Positions 25,515 to 35,434 of a stretch of 64,000 nucleotides of DNA are shown here, one piece after another. Source of the DNA: Candidatus Lustribacter sp. (GTDB lineage Bacteria > Vulcanimicrobiota > Vulcanimicrobiia > Vulcanimicrobiales > Vulcanimicrobiaceae); the NCBI GenBank assembly GCA_965277805.1, contig OZ255842.1:1280001-1344000 (forward strand), in the 5' to 3' direction. Position 1 is the first letter of the stretch; every line of letters begins with the position of its first letter. A program made the position numbers and the translations under genes. Under the pieces are notes generated by a model. That model made no database searches. It was not told where the DNA came from and saw nothing but the letters and a program-made list of their open reading frames with translations.

Positions 25515-26870
25515 TCACCACTGCACGTTTGATGAACCCAGCGGCGACGCCGCGTAGTTCCAACGCATCGGCGTGCGCTCGATCGTGAGCGGCGCGCGAA
25601 GCCGCCGGGCGTCGCCCCATTCGGTGCCTTCGGCTTCGTCGCTCAAGTCGGTGGGTGCTTCGGGCGCAAGTTCTGCGTCGTCGTCCGGCACCGGCATTTG
25701 CACGAGTTCATGGGCGACCCGCGCAAGCGATGTGCGCGCGGTTATTGCGGCGCCGGTTTCCAAGCGGGTCGTGATTCCGCGGATGACGGTGGCGGCGAGA
25801 AGATAACCGGCGGCTTGATCGAGGGCTTGCACCGGCAGCGGAAACGGCCGCGCTTTTTCGAACCGCCGCATGCCTGCATCCGCAATGCCGCAACTCATTT
25901 GCACGAGGCTGTCGAAGCCGCGGCGGCCATGCCAGGGGCCGTCGAACCCGTACGCGTCGAGCGAGACATCGATGAGTTGCGGGCGGATGGTGCGGCGCCG
26001 CTCGGCATCGAGTCCCAGACGCTCGAGCGCGCCGGGGCGATAGCCGTGCACGAGAACGTCTGTTTCCGCGAGGAGCTTCTCGAATGCAGCGAGGCCCGCG
26101 CGGCTGCGCAGGTCAAGGCGCGCACAGCGTTTCCCGAGCGTCACTTCGGGCGCGAGACTCGGTTCATCCCAATCCGGCGGATCGATGCGCAGCACGTTCG
26201 CGCCGAACCCGGCTAGAAAGCGCGTCGCGACCGGACCGGCCAGCACGCGCGTCAAGTCGAGTACACGAATGCCTTTGAGCGGACGGGCTGCGTCGATCTG
26301 CCACGTTGCGAGCGGATTGCGGCGGAAGATCTGCCGGTGGACGAGCGGTTCCGCGGCGACCGCGATGCCCTGCGGATGCGCGGCCCACGCATCGATCGAG
26401 CGCATCGCCGCGGCGCATCCGCGGAACTGCACGATCGCGTTCTCGAGTTCTTCGGCATACCAGTGCGACACCGCCGTCGAGACTGCGGCCTTGTCTTCGG
26501 CGGCGTGCAAGACCGAAAGCGCGATCTTGCGGTGGTGCGGAGCGTTCGTGTGCAGCCGGATCCAACCGTCTTTGGCGAGATAGTCGCCCGCAACCGCGTC
26601 CCAAGCCGGCGGCATTTCCCACCCTTGGGGCCGAATCGAAAATCCAAACCACATCGATGCGAGGCGCCGGTCGACGGTCGCGCGCGCGTACGCGTCGCAG
26701 CGCTTGGCGATCAGTTCGGCAATGGCGGCACCGGCCACGCCGACCGCCCCGGCCGCGAAGTCGGTGACGGCAAAAACCGAAGGCAGCGCGCCCGTTCCGG
26801 TAACATCGACCTGTGGTAACTCTTCCGCGGCACCGCCGAGAGCCGTCCACCATTCCGCAAGCAACGTCAT
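25515..26870 (-). CDS. CoA-transferase family III (CaiB/BaiF)
   Basis: PLKGIRVLDLTRVLAGPVATRFLA, DVLVHGYRPGAL, RRGFDSLVQ. Confidence 0.92.
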   Translation of the reverse strand: MTLLAEWWTALGGAAEELPQVDVTGTGALPSVFAVTDFAAGAVGVAGAAIAELIAKRCDAYARATVDRRLASMWFGFSIRPQGWEMPPAWDAVAGDYLAKDGWIRLHTNAPHHRKIALSVLHAAEDKAAVSTAVSHWYAEELENAIVQFRGCAAAMRSIDAWAAHPQGIAVAAEPLVHRQIFRRNPLATWQIDAARPLKGIRVLDLTRVLAGPVATRFLAGFGANVLRIDPPDWDEPSLAPEVTLGKRCARLDLRSRAGLAAFEKLLAETDVLVHGYRPGALERLGLDAERRRTIRPQLIDVSLDAYGFDGPWHGRRGFDSLVQMSCGIADAGMRRFEKARPFPLPVQALDQAAGYLLAATVIRGITTRLETGAAITARTSLARVAHELVQMPVPDDDAELAPEAPTDLSDEAEGTEWGDARRLRAPLTIERTPMRWNYAASPLGSSNVQW

Positions 26871-26879
26871 GACGAGGAC

Positions 26880-27731
26880 TTAGAAGACCGCATCCAACTC
26901 GACGTTCCCTTCGCGCACCGTCGTTCGGCGAACGTCGCGACGATATCGCTGGTCGTCGAATGGCATGGCGCGGTGCATGGTGGCGAGATTGTCCCACATG
27001 ACGACGTCGCCGAGGCGCCATGAATGGGCGTACACGAATTGCGGCTGCGTGGCGAACGCCATCAGCTCATCGAGCAACGCCCGTGCCTCCGGTTGGGAAA
27101 GGCCGACGATGGCGGAGATATGCGAGGCGAGGTAGAGCACTTTGCGTTTGGACGTCGGATGCTCGTGTAGGAGCGCGTGCCGCGCCGGCGGCCGATCGGC
27201 GCGCTCTTCGACGGTCGGCTCGGGACCGCCGCCGAGGACACGCGAGTAGTAGTAGTCGTGCTCCGCGATCAGCCCGTCGAGCCGCGCTTTCATCGCCGCG
27301 GGCAGCGCATCGTAGACGGCGCGCATGTCGGCAAACTCGGTCGCGGGCGCCGCGTCGCCGGGTGGAATGACGTGAGCGGAGAGCAGCGAGTATGTCGCCC
27401 GAACGGGGTGAAACGACATGTCGGTGTGCCACAAACGGTTGGCGCGTTTGTAGAGCATACGTTTGTCATCATCTGGAAAGATCGCGCCGTTCTCATCGAG
27501 ATTGCTCTGATCGATGATCTCCGGATACGGTACGCGCGCCGCTCCGGCGCGTTGCTTCATACGCTCGACCGGTCCGAGGAGCCGGCTGAACGCGACATGC
27601 TCGGCATCGCTCAATGGCGTTGCGTTGCGGAAGATGCCGACCGGAAAGCGATCCATCGTCGCGACGATGTCCACCAGCGTGGCGGCCGTTACCGGTTCGC
27701 GCAGGTCGACCGCAATCTCGGTTGCGATCAT
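26880..27731 (-). CDS. TauD/TfdA family Fe(II)/2-oxoglutarate dioxygenase
   Basis: WHTDMSF (HxD), TEFADMRA, W..GDVVMWDNLATMHR. Confidence 0.93.
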   Translation of the reverse strand: MIATEIAVDLREPVTAATLVDIVATMDRFPVGIFRNATPLSDAEHVAFSRLLGPVERMKQRAGAARVPYPEIIDQSNLDENGAIFPDDDKRMLYKRANRLWHTDMSFHPVRATYSLLSAHVIPPGDAAPATEFADMRAVYDALPAAMKARLDGLIAEHDYYYSRVLGGGPEPTVEERADRPPARHALLHEHPTSKRKVLYLASHISAIVGLSQPEARALLDELMAFATQPQFVYAHSWRLGDVVMWDNLATMHRAMPFDDQRYRRDVRRTTVREGNVELDAVF

Positions 27732-27862
27732 GAGCGCAATTTCGCTTACTCGCTAGGGGCAGCCTTTTTCGCGTGCCCGTGCGGAGTTACCGGCTGGTAA
27801 CCGCCGGTGCGTACGGTTGATGCGAATCCACCGCTTCTCGCATAGCTAGATTGGAGTTTCTC

Positions 27863-28207
27863 ATGATCGCAAATGGACGTACGCTGGCCGGTTTCGCGCT
27901 AATCGCATTCGTTGGGTTGGCTCCGCTTTCGGCCCGAGCCGACGATGACGCCGGCATTCTCGCGCAACTGACCCGGTGCGCGAAAGCCGCGGGCGGCGCG
28001 GGCGACGTAATGGCCTGCACGTCGAATTTCATCCAGTCGGTGAAGAATTCGATCCCGACCGACGCACTCCCGAATCCGCTCCCGGGCCAGTACTACAACA
28101 ATCTGGAAGATCAAGAGGGGAAGATGATGCAGCGCATTGCGGACCCCAACGATATGGGCGATCCCGACGTACGCACGGCGCCGGCGAATCCCGACAACGG
28201 AAACTAG
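27863..28207 (+). CDS. Hypothetical secreted protein
   Basis: GGAG RBS before ATG 27863; signal peptide ending ARA; two Cys. Confidence 0.65.
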   Translation: MIANGRTLAGFALIAFVGLAPLSARADDDAGILAQLTRCAKAAGGAGDVMACTSNFIQSVKNSIPTDALPNPLPGQYYNNLEDQEGKMMQRIADPNDMGDPDVRTAPANPDNGN

Positions 28208-29121
28208 GCGTCGAGCGCGGCCGCCAGTGCCGAGAGGTCTTGGACGTCCGGCATGGCGGCGCGTACGACGCATGCGTCGGCGTTGACCGCGAGCGTTTCG
28301 TCGCGAAAATACTCGCGCACGCGCGCTACCCACGGGTCGCCCAAATACGCGGCCAACGTTCCGAGCACGATGCAATCCAGCGCCAGCAGATCGGCCAGCA
28401 TCGAGCACGCCGTACCGACGGCGCGTTCGTTGGTGTCCAACGCCCACTTCGCGTCGGGATTGTTCTTGCGCACTTCGTCGATCACTTGGACCGGCGTTGC
28501 AATCGGGAAATCTTTCGGACGCCGGTAGCTGAGCAGCAGGCCGAGTGCGTTGGCCGACGCGTAGCCTTCGTACGAGCCCGGCTTTCCGAAGATGGCCGGA
28601 CCCTCGTCGCGAAAGCGCACGTGTCCGATCTCGGGCGAACGCCCGTCGAGCGCGTAACGCACCTTACCGCCGAGCACGAGCCCGCAGCCGAAGCCGGTGC
28701 CGCAGGTGAGATATGCGAGACCGTCCGCGCCGGCGTTCGGCCCCCAGCGCCATTCGGCGAGCGCGCAGGCGGCGGCGTCGTGATGAAGTCCCACCGCGCG
28801 GCCGGTGGCGCCGGCAATGCGATCGCGCAGACGAATCCCGTGCAAACCCGGTAGGTGCACGGCTTCGGTGATCTCGCCGCGCCGCACGTTCAGCGGGCCG
28901 CCGACCGCGATTCCGATGCGGCGGGCCGCGGGCGCGACTTGGCGCACCGCGTCGACAACCTGCGCGATCAGCAGTTCGCCGTCATCGACCGGGGTCGAGC
29001 CGCGCCAGCGCGAGACGATCGTGCCGTCCGCCGAGCCGCCGACCACGGTTGTGTTCGTCCCGCCGATGTTGATCCCGGCAAGCGTCGCGGTGCGATCGCT
29101 TAAGAACTCGATCTCGCCCAT
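28204..29121 (-). CDS. ROK family protein (sugar kinase-like)
   Basis: GINIGGT, HDAAACALAEW, YLTCGTGFGCG, EIGH. Confidence 0.9.
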   Translation of the reverse strand: MGEIEFLSDRTATLAGINIGGTNTTVVGGSADGTIVSRWRGSTPVDDGELLIAQVVDAVRQVAPAARRIGIAVGGPLNVRRGEITEAVHLPGLHGIRLRDRIAGATGRAVGLHHDAAACALAEWRWGPNAGADGLAYLTCGTGFGCGLVLGGKVRYALDGRSPEIGHVRFRDEGPAIFGKPGSYEGYASANALGLLLSYRRPKDFPIATPVQVIDEVRKNNPDAKWALDTNERAVGTACSMLADLLALDCIVLGTLAAYLGDPWVARVREYFRDETLAVNADACVVRAAMPDVQDLSALAAALDA

Positions 29122-29139
29122 ACGGGCGCGGTTCTACGT

Positions 29140-30966
29140 CTAGCGGCGTTGTGCCGTTGAGCGCGGGAACATTCCGGCGAGCACGCCCTTCACGGATTGC
29201 ACGAACGCCGGTGTCCGCTCCGGATCGCCCTTGAGCATTGCCTTTCCGAACGACGTCATCTGCTCGCGTGTAATGTGCGCGGGCAGCATCGAGATGTTCG
29301 GATCGGTCCGGACCTCCAGCACGACAGGGCGGCGCGCGGCGAAGGCGGCTTCGAACGCCGTCCCGAGTTCGTCGGCGCTCGCGACGCCGATACCCTCGAA
29401 TCCGAGCAGGCGCGCGAATGCGGCCATCGAGATATCGGGCAGGTGTTGCGAGCCGGGGAAGTCCGGCGCGCCGCTCTCGATGCGCATCTCCCACGTGACC
29501 TGGTTGAGATCGCGATTGTTCGCAACCACGAACACGATGCTGGGATCGGCCCAGCGCTCCGCGTAGCGCTTCAACGTGATCAACTCGTTCATGCCGTTCA
29601 TCTGCATCGCGCCGTCGCCGGTGATCGCGACCGGCGTGCGATCCGGAAAGGCGAACTTCGCGGCGATCGCATACGGAACCGCGGAGCCCATCGTCGCGAG
29701 CCCGCCCGAGAGCGACCACTTCATGCCGCGCCGCAATTGCAGATGGCGTGCGGCCCAGTTCGTCGACGTTCCGGCGTCGGCCGTGATGATGCAGCCTTCG
29801 GGCAAGTGCCGGTTGAGTTCGACGAACACGTCTTCCGGGTTCACTCCGTCCGTGCCGGCGATGGCGGCGCGCGTCGCGTTGACGCGGTCCGCGCGCATTG
29901 CCATCTCCGCGATCGACGTACGCCACGAGGTATCGGTTTTCTGCGTCAGCAGCGGTAACAGCGCCTCGAGCGTATCGCGCGCGCTGCCCTGCAGGTTCAC
30001 TTCCGTTGGGAAGCGCACGCCGAGACGCGCGGCGTTGAGGTCGATCTGCACGCCGCGCGCGTGTCCCTCGTGCGGGAGAAATTGCGCGTAGGGATAGTTG
30101 GTGCCGATCATGAGCAGCGTGTCGCACGCGCGCATCATGTCGCTCGAAGCCGCGGTACCGAGCAATCCGATCGTGCCCGTTACCCACGGCAAATTGTCCG
30201 GCAGCACGGCCTTTCCGAGCAGCGCTTTCGCGCAGCCGGCTTGCAGCCGGTCCGCGGTGAGTTCGACCAGATCCTCGGCACCGATCGCGCCCGCGCCCAC
30301 GAGAATCGCGACCTTGCTGCCGGCGTTGAGCACGTCCGCAGCACGGCGCAGCCCGTCTTCGTGCGGTACCAATTTCGTGCGCGAAAGCCCAACGCTCGAT
30401 GCGTTGTAGTTCATCAAATGCGGCGGCAGTTCGACCGCCGCTTCCTCTTGCAGATCCTTCGGAAAGATCAGCGCCGTGACGGTGCGTTCGCTCATCGCCC
30501 CGCGAACGGCGCGGTCGACGGCGTGCCGCACGCCGGCCGGGTGCATCAGCGTGACGAGGTACTCGCTCGCGACGTCTTTGAAGAGGTTGTGCAGATCGAC
30601 TTCTTGCTGGTACTCGCTGCCCATCGCGGTCGTCGCTGCCTGACCGGTCAGCGCGAGCACGGGTACGTGATCGGCCTTCGCATCGTAGAGCCCGTTGAGC
30701 AGATGGATCGCCCCCGGACCGCTCGTCGCCAAACACACGCCCAATTCGCCGGTGAACTTCGCGTGCGCGCAGGCCATGAATGCGGCTTGCTCTTCGTGCC
30801 GAACCTGGATGAAATCGATCGCGTCGCCGGCTTTGGCACGCGCTTTCTGATGCGCATCGATCGCGGCGATGATGCCGTTGATCCCGTCGCCCGGATACCC
30901 GAAGATCCGGCGGACGCCCCATTCGTGGAGCCGTTCGATGAGGAAATCGCCTACGGTGCCCGACAT
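29140..30966 (-). CDS. Thiamine pyrophosphate-requiring enzyme (pyruvate oxidase/dehydrogenase-like)
   Basis: IFGYPGDGING, RHEEQAAFMA, SGPGAIHLLNGLYDA, GDGAMQMNG..NN. Confidence 0.93.
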   Translation of the reverse strand: MSGTVGDFLIERLHEWGVRRIFGYPGDGINGIIAAIDAHQKARAKAGDAIDFIQVRHEEQAAFMACAHAKFTGELGVCLATSGPGAIHLLNGLYDAKADHVPVLALTGQAATTAMGSEYQQEVDLHNLFKDVASEYLVTLMHPAGVRHAVDRAVRGAMSERTVTALIFPKDLQEEAAVELPPHLMNYNASSVGLSRTKLVPHEDGLRRAADVLNAGSKVAILVGAGAIGAEDLVELTADRLQAGCAKALLGKAVLPDNLPWVTGTIGLLGTAASSDMMRACDTLLMIGTNYPYAQFLPHEGHARGVQIDLNAARLGVRFPTEVNLQGSARDTLEALLPLLTQKTDTSWRTSIAEMAMRADRVNATRAAIAGTDGVNPEDVFVELNRHLPEGCIITADAGTSTNWAARHLQLRRGMKWSLSGGLATMGSAVPYAIAAKFAFPDRTPVAITGDGAMQMNGMNELITLKRYAERWADPSIVFVVANNRDLNQVTWEMRIESGAPDFPGSQHLPDISMAAFARLLGFEGIGVASADELGTAFEAAFAARRPVVLEVRTDPNISMLPAHITREQMTSFGKAMLKGDPERTPAFVQSVKGVLAGMFPRSTAQRR

Positions 30967-31041
30967 GCGGGGGTCATACCCGGCGCGGGCGGGGGCTACA
31001 CCGCGCTAGCGCGAAGCCCGTTGCTGAAAAGGAGACGCTCG

Positions 31042-31146
31042 GTGAATTTTACGGTTCCTATCTGCCTTTGTATCCTCGTCGTTGCGATCGCAGCTCTGAT
31101 CTTTTGGGGCAGCTTCGCGGAGGAACGTCGCGCGCGCGGCAGTTAA
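31042..31146 (+). CDS. Small single-TM protein (34 aa)
   Basis: AAGGAG RBS then GTG; MNFTVPICLCILVVAIAALIFWGSFAEERRARGS. Confidence 0.6.
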   Translation: MNFTVPICLCILVVAIAALIFWGSFAEERRARGS

Positions 31147-31165
31147 GCGCACGCTTTCCACTGGT

Positions 31166-31627
31166 TCACAGACGCCCCGATTCGAATGTCGGCGGCCGTT
31201 TCCACGGATCGACGCCGCCGTCATCGAACGCGGCGTCGATTGTTTTTGACCACTGCTGCGACGGCTGGTCGACGATGACGACCGACCCTTGCACGAGCGC
31301 CTCGAGCGCACGCCACAAGTGGCGCACCACCAGCGAACGCGTGAACTCGTTGAGCCGTAGCCACGGATCGCCGGCGAAGAGTTCGAGCCGCGTCTCTGTT
31401 TCGCGCCGCCACACCATGTAATTGACGAAGATATCGCCGTAAACCGCGCGCGGGCCGTCGAATGCGCCGCGTATGCGGTCTTCGAGCACCTCTTGCCGTC
31501 GCGGCTGGCGGTGCCGGTGCCGAACCTTCGGCCGGCGAGCGTCGGCGCGCAGGCGCACCACTTCTACGGCGATCATCACCACGAGCGCCAGCAGCACGAC
31601 CGACGCCAGGACCAGCGGTACCATCAT
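31166..31627 (-). CDS. Hypothetical membrane-anchored protein
   Basis: GGAGG RBS; N-terminal TM helix, basic linker, globular C-terminal part. Confidence 0.75.
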   Translation of the reverse strand: MMVPLVLASVVLLALVVMIAVEVVRLRADARRPKVRHRHRQPRRQEVLEDRIRGAFDGPRAVYGDIFVNYMVWRRETETRLELFAGDPWLRLNEFTRSLVVRHLWRALEALVQGSVVIVDQPSQQWSKTIDAAFDDGGVDPWKRPPTFESGRL

Positions 31628-31684
31628 ACCTCCACGGCGGGGGTACGATGGTTACCGCGGCCACTCGCTTGGTACCTTCTTAGG

Positions 31685-32635
31685 TTAGCCTATGTGCGCT
31701 GGGGCAAGATCGTGCGCTTGGAGCACGAGGCCGGGCGACACGATGTGCTTGTTCAGGCCCAGGAGCGAGGGGTCGATCCCCAGCGCCAGCCCGACGAGCT
31801 GCGGGAGATGGAAGGTCGGAAGGTCGGTGCGGCCCCAGCGCGCGGCCGAGTCGGCCTGATAGCCGTCGAGCGCCAGATGGCACAGCGGGCAGGGCGTGAG
31901 CACCGCCTCGGCGCCCTTGTCCTTCGCCATACGCATGTTCTGGCCGACCATCGCCGGGGCGATGCCGTCCTTTTCGAGCTGCACGTGGAACCCGCAGCAA
32001 CGGGTCTTGCCGGCGTAGTCGATCGCTTCGCCGCCCAGCGCTTCGATGATGTCTTCGAGCGAGTGCGGGTTACGCGATGATTCCCAGCCGTTGACCGATT
32101 CCGGGCGAATGATGTGGCAGCCGTAGAACGGCGCGACCTTCAAGCCGCGCAGCGGGTTGACGACCATCTTCTTGAGGTTGTCCAGGCCGATGTCGTCGAT
32201 CAACAGCCACAGCAGATGGCGCACCATCACGCCGCCGTTGTACTTGGCGCCGAACTTGCCGAGGATCGCGTTCGCTTGACCCATGTGCGCTTCGGACTCG
32301 AGCAGCTCTTTGTTAGCTGCGCGCATGTGTCCGGTGCAGGTCGAGCAGATCGTGATCACGTCGTCGAGTCCGAGCGCTTCGGCCTGCGCGTACGTACGAG
32401 CGTTGAGCACGCGCGCGACGTCGCGGTTGGTGTCGTTGAGCACCGATGCGCCGCAGCACGCCGCGGCGGTGAGCTCGACGAGTTCGATGCCGAGTTTGTC
32501 GGCCAGCAGCATCGTCGAGTTGAACAATTCCTTGCACGACTCTTTGGCGACGCAGCCGGGGAAGAAGCCGTACTTGCGCATTTGCGCCGACTTGGATTGC
32601 CGCTTGGCCTGCGGCGCTTCAATGGTGGCGGTCAT
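31685..32635 (-). CDS. CCG-domain subunit (HdrB/SdhE-type) of succinate dehydrogenase
   Basis: FFPGC, CCG, CSTC, FYGC, CCG, CPLC (two CCG domains); translationally coupled to sdhB. Confidence 0.9.
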   Translation of the reverse strand: MTATIEAPQAKRQSKSAQMRKYGFFPGCVAKESCKELFNSTMLLADKLGIELVELTAAACCGASVLNDTNRDVARVLNARTYAQAEALGLDDVITICSTCTGHMRAANKELLESEAHMGQANAILGKFGAKYNGGVMVRHLLWLLIDDIGLDNLKKMVVNPLRGLKVAPFYGCHIIRPESVNGWESSRNPHSLEDIIEALGGEAIDYAGKTRCCGFHVQLEKDGIAPAMVGQNMRMAKDKGAEAVLTPCPLCHLALDGYQADSAARWGRTDLPTFHLPQLVGLALGIDPSLLGLNKHIVSPGLVLQAHDLAPAHIG

Positions 32636-33588
32636 GCGAGTGTCGGGGCCTCCAGGGTGTCGAAAATCATCGCGATTTCGTTGACTTTCGGGACGGGTTT
32701 GAGGAACATCGGCGGGATCTTACCGGCCATCGCGAGCCGCAGCCCGAACGGCGCGACCTTGATCAGGCCTACGATATTGAAACGTCCGACCGTGCCTTGG
32801 ATGACTTCCGTCTCGTGCAGCATGCCGGTGTGCTTGATCGTTTTGGCGATGACGAGCGCGTGGCGCGGACCCGGATGGTCGACCAGGCCCTCTTCGATCG
32901 TGGCGCGCTTGACGGCGATGATGTCGTCCTGCGGATCGACGTGTTTGGGGCAGTACGAGCACGCGTAGCAGTGCGCGCATAGCCACAAGAAGTCATCGCT
33001 GATCTGCGCGGCGCGTTCCTTGCGCTTCGAGTCGCGCACGTCTTCGATGAAGCGGTACGCGTACGCGATCGCGGCCGGACCGGCAAACGCCGGATCGACC
33101 GACACCACCGGGCAGAGCGCGTAGCACGTCGCGCACATCACGCAGTTCGCGACCGCCACGAGTTTCTGCATGTCTGCCGGCGAAACGCGGCGTTCGGTCT
33201 CGTGGTCGGAATCTTTGTCGGCCGGTTGCAGATACGGCTTGAGGCGCGAGTACTTGTCCCAGAACGGATCCATGTGGACCACGAGGTCCTTCATGGGCTG
33301 GAAGTTCGGCATCGGGTCGACGGCGACGGTGTTGTCGCTGCGCAGCACGCTCGCGATCGGCGTGCGGCACGCGAGGCCGGTCGTGCCGTTGATGTTCATC
33401 GAGCACGAGCCGCAGATTGCGGAGCGGCACGAACGGCGGAAGGAGATCGAGCCGTCTTTTTCCGCTTTGACGTTCTCGAGCGCGTCGAGCACGGTCATCG
33501 TGGTGGGTAGGTCGCACTCGACGCGGTCGCGGTGCGGCTCGACGTCGGTGGCTTGATCGTAACGGTAAATATCGAGTGAGAAACTCAT
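32632..33588 (-). CDS. sdhB: Succinate dehydrogenase/fumarate reductase iron-sulfur subunit
   Basis: SCRSAICGSCSMNING..C, CVMCATCYALCP, CAHCYACSYCPK. Confidence 0.95.
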   Translation of the reverse strand: MSFSLDIYRYDQATDVEPHRDRVECDLPTTMTVLDALENVKAEKDGSISFRRSCRSAICGSCSMNINGTTGLACRTPIASVLRSDNTVAVDPMPNFQPMKDLVVHMDPFWDKYSRLKPYLQPADKDSDHETERRVSPADMQKLVAVANCVMCATCYALCPVVSVDPAFAGPAAIAYAYRFIEDVRDSKRKERAAQISDDFLWLCAHCYACSYCPKHVDPQDDIIAVKRATIEEGLVDHPGPRHALVIAKTIKHTGMLHETEVIQGTVGRFNIVGLIKVAPFGLRLAMAGKIPPMFLKPVPKVNEIAMIFDTLEAPTLA

Positions 33589-33589
33589 G

Positions 33590-35275
33590 CTAGTACGTCC
33601 GCACTTCCGGAAGGAACTTGGTGAAGGTTACGCCGCGTGAGTAGTCGGGTTCGGGATCGGTCGTCGGGCCCTTGAAGTGCATGAGCGTGTGCTTCATCCA
33701 ATTCTTGTCGTCGCGATCGGGGAAGTCCGTGCGGGCTTGCGCGCCGCGCGATTCCGTGCGCTTGCGCGCGCCCATCATCGTCGTCATCGAGATGTCGACC
33801 AGGAACTCGGTTTCGAGCAATCCGACGAGGTCGGTGTTGAACGTCTTCGATTTATCCATCGTCGTCATCTTTTGCGCCATTTCGCGCACCTGACGCAGCG
33901 CGGCTTCACCTTCGGCGAGCGTCTTGTCGTCGCGGAAGATGAAGGCGTGATCGCTCATCGCGGCATTCAGCGCTTTGCGCGTTTGCGGATGGCGCTCGCC
34001 GCCGGTGCGGGCCAGGATGCCGTTGATGCGGTCCTGTTCGCTCTTGAACGTCTTCTCCGAGGGCCGCACGTCGCCGACCGACTTGATGTAGTTCGCGGCG
34101 TGCGTGGCCGAGCGGTGTCCGAACACGATCGTCTCGAGCAGCGAGTTGCCGCCGAGCCGGTTCGCGCCGTGAACGCTGACGCAAGCACATTCGCCGGCCG
34201 CATAGACGCCGGGGATGTTCGTTGCGCCGTTCTTGTCGGTTGCAATGCCGCCCATCCAGTAGTGCATGCCGGGCAGAATCGGGATCGGCGTGTCGATCGC
34301 GTCTTTGCCGGTCGCGTCGAGCGCGAGCTCGCGAATCTGCGGCAAGCGTTCGAGAATCTTTTCGCGTCCGAGGTGGCGCAGGTCGAGGAACACGCAGCCG
34401 TTTTCGCCGCGGCCTTCCATAATCTCGGTCCACTCGGCACGCGAGACGACGTCGCGTGAGGCCAGTTCGCCCTTGTTCGGGGCGTACTTGAACATGAAAC
34501 GTTCGCCGTCTTTATTGAGGAGGTAGGCGCCTTCGCCGCGAGCCGCTTCGGAGAGCAGCACGCCGTTCTCTTTGAGCGAGGTCGGATGGAACTGGACGAA
34601 CTCCATGTCCATCAGCGGGATGCCGGCGCGGTAGCAGATCGCCATACCGTCACCGGTCGAGGCGTAGCCGTTGGTCGTCTTCGCATACGCGCGTCCGGCG
34701 CCGCCGGTGGCGAAGATCGTGGCCTTCGCTTGGACGAGTTCGAGCTCGCCGTTACGCATGTTATAGGCGGTGATCCCGGTACCCACGCCGTCTTCGACGC
34801 ACAGGGCGGTCGCGAAGTACTCTTCGTAAACCTTGATGTTGAAGCGTTCGAGCTGTTCCCACAGCGAGTGCAGGATGACGAGGCCGGTCACGTCGGCCGA
34901 GAAGCACGTGCGGGGGAAGCTGGCACCGCCGAAGGGGCGTTGCGCGATCCGTCCGTCGGGCATGCGGGAGAAGATGCAACCGCGGTGCTCGAGCCAGATG
35001 ATCTGGCGCGGGGCATCCTCGGCCATGGCCTCGATGGCGTCCTGGTCGCCGAGATAATCGGCGCCCTTGACGCAGTCGAAGGCGTGGGCCTCCGGAGTGT
35101 CCGCCTCTTCGTTGCCGAGGGCGGCGTTGATGCCGCCTTGCGCCGCGCCGGAGTGGCTGCGGACCGGATGCATTTTCGAGACGATCGCGACGTCGGCACC
35201 GCGTTCGGCGGCTTCTACCGCTGCGCGCATGCCGGCGAGGCCACCGCCGACCACGACGATGTCGTGTTTGATCAC
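33590..35275 (-). CDS. sdhA: Succinate dehydrogenase flavoprotein subunit
   Basis: GGGLAG, RSHSGAAQGG, QFHPT, EAARGEG, HGANRLGGNSL. Confidence 0.96.
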   Translation of the reverse strand: MIKHDIVVVGGGLAGMRAAVEAAERGADVAIVSKMHPVRSHSGAAQGGINAALGNEEADTPEAHAFDCVKGADYLGDQDAIEAMAEDAPRQIIWLEHRGCIFSRMPDGRIAQRPFGGASFPRTCFSADVTGLVILHSLWEQLERFNIKVYEEYFATALCVEDGVGTGITAYNMRNGELELVQAKATIFATGGAGRAYAKTTNGYASTGDGMAICYRAGIPLMDMEFVQFHPTSLKENGVLLSEAARGEGAYLLNKDGERFMFKYAPNKGELASRDVVSRAEWTEIMEGRGENGCVFLDLRHLGREKILERLPQIRELALDATGKDAIDTPIPILPGMHYWMGGIATDKNGATNIPGVYAAGECACVSVHGANRLGGNSLLETIVFGHRSATHAANYIKSVGDVRPSEKTFKSEQDRINGILARTGGERHPQTRKALNAAMSDHAFIFRDDKTLAEGEAALRQVREMAQKMTTMDKSKTFNTDLVGLLETEFLVDISMTTMMGARKRTESRGAQARTDFPDRDDKNWMKHTLMHFKGPTTDPEPDYSRGVTFTKFLPEVRTY

Positions 35276-35434
35276 TACCTTGATGCCCCTTATGGACGAG
35301 TGAAACCGAATTGCGAGGAGTGTACCATTAGATTGAAGCTGAGCGCCCGGATTTTCGTCGGACGATCGGTCCTACCATGCGGAGTCTGCGCCAGTAGTGG
35401 CGAACGGACGGATAGTACCGTCGGAAAGGACAGC

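Noticed and set aside
34586-35434. N-terminal extension of the 797-aa GGDEF ORF
   Set aside because: Mostly antisense to sdhA; a plausible RBS and GTG lie at 35435.
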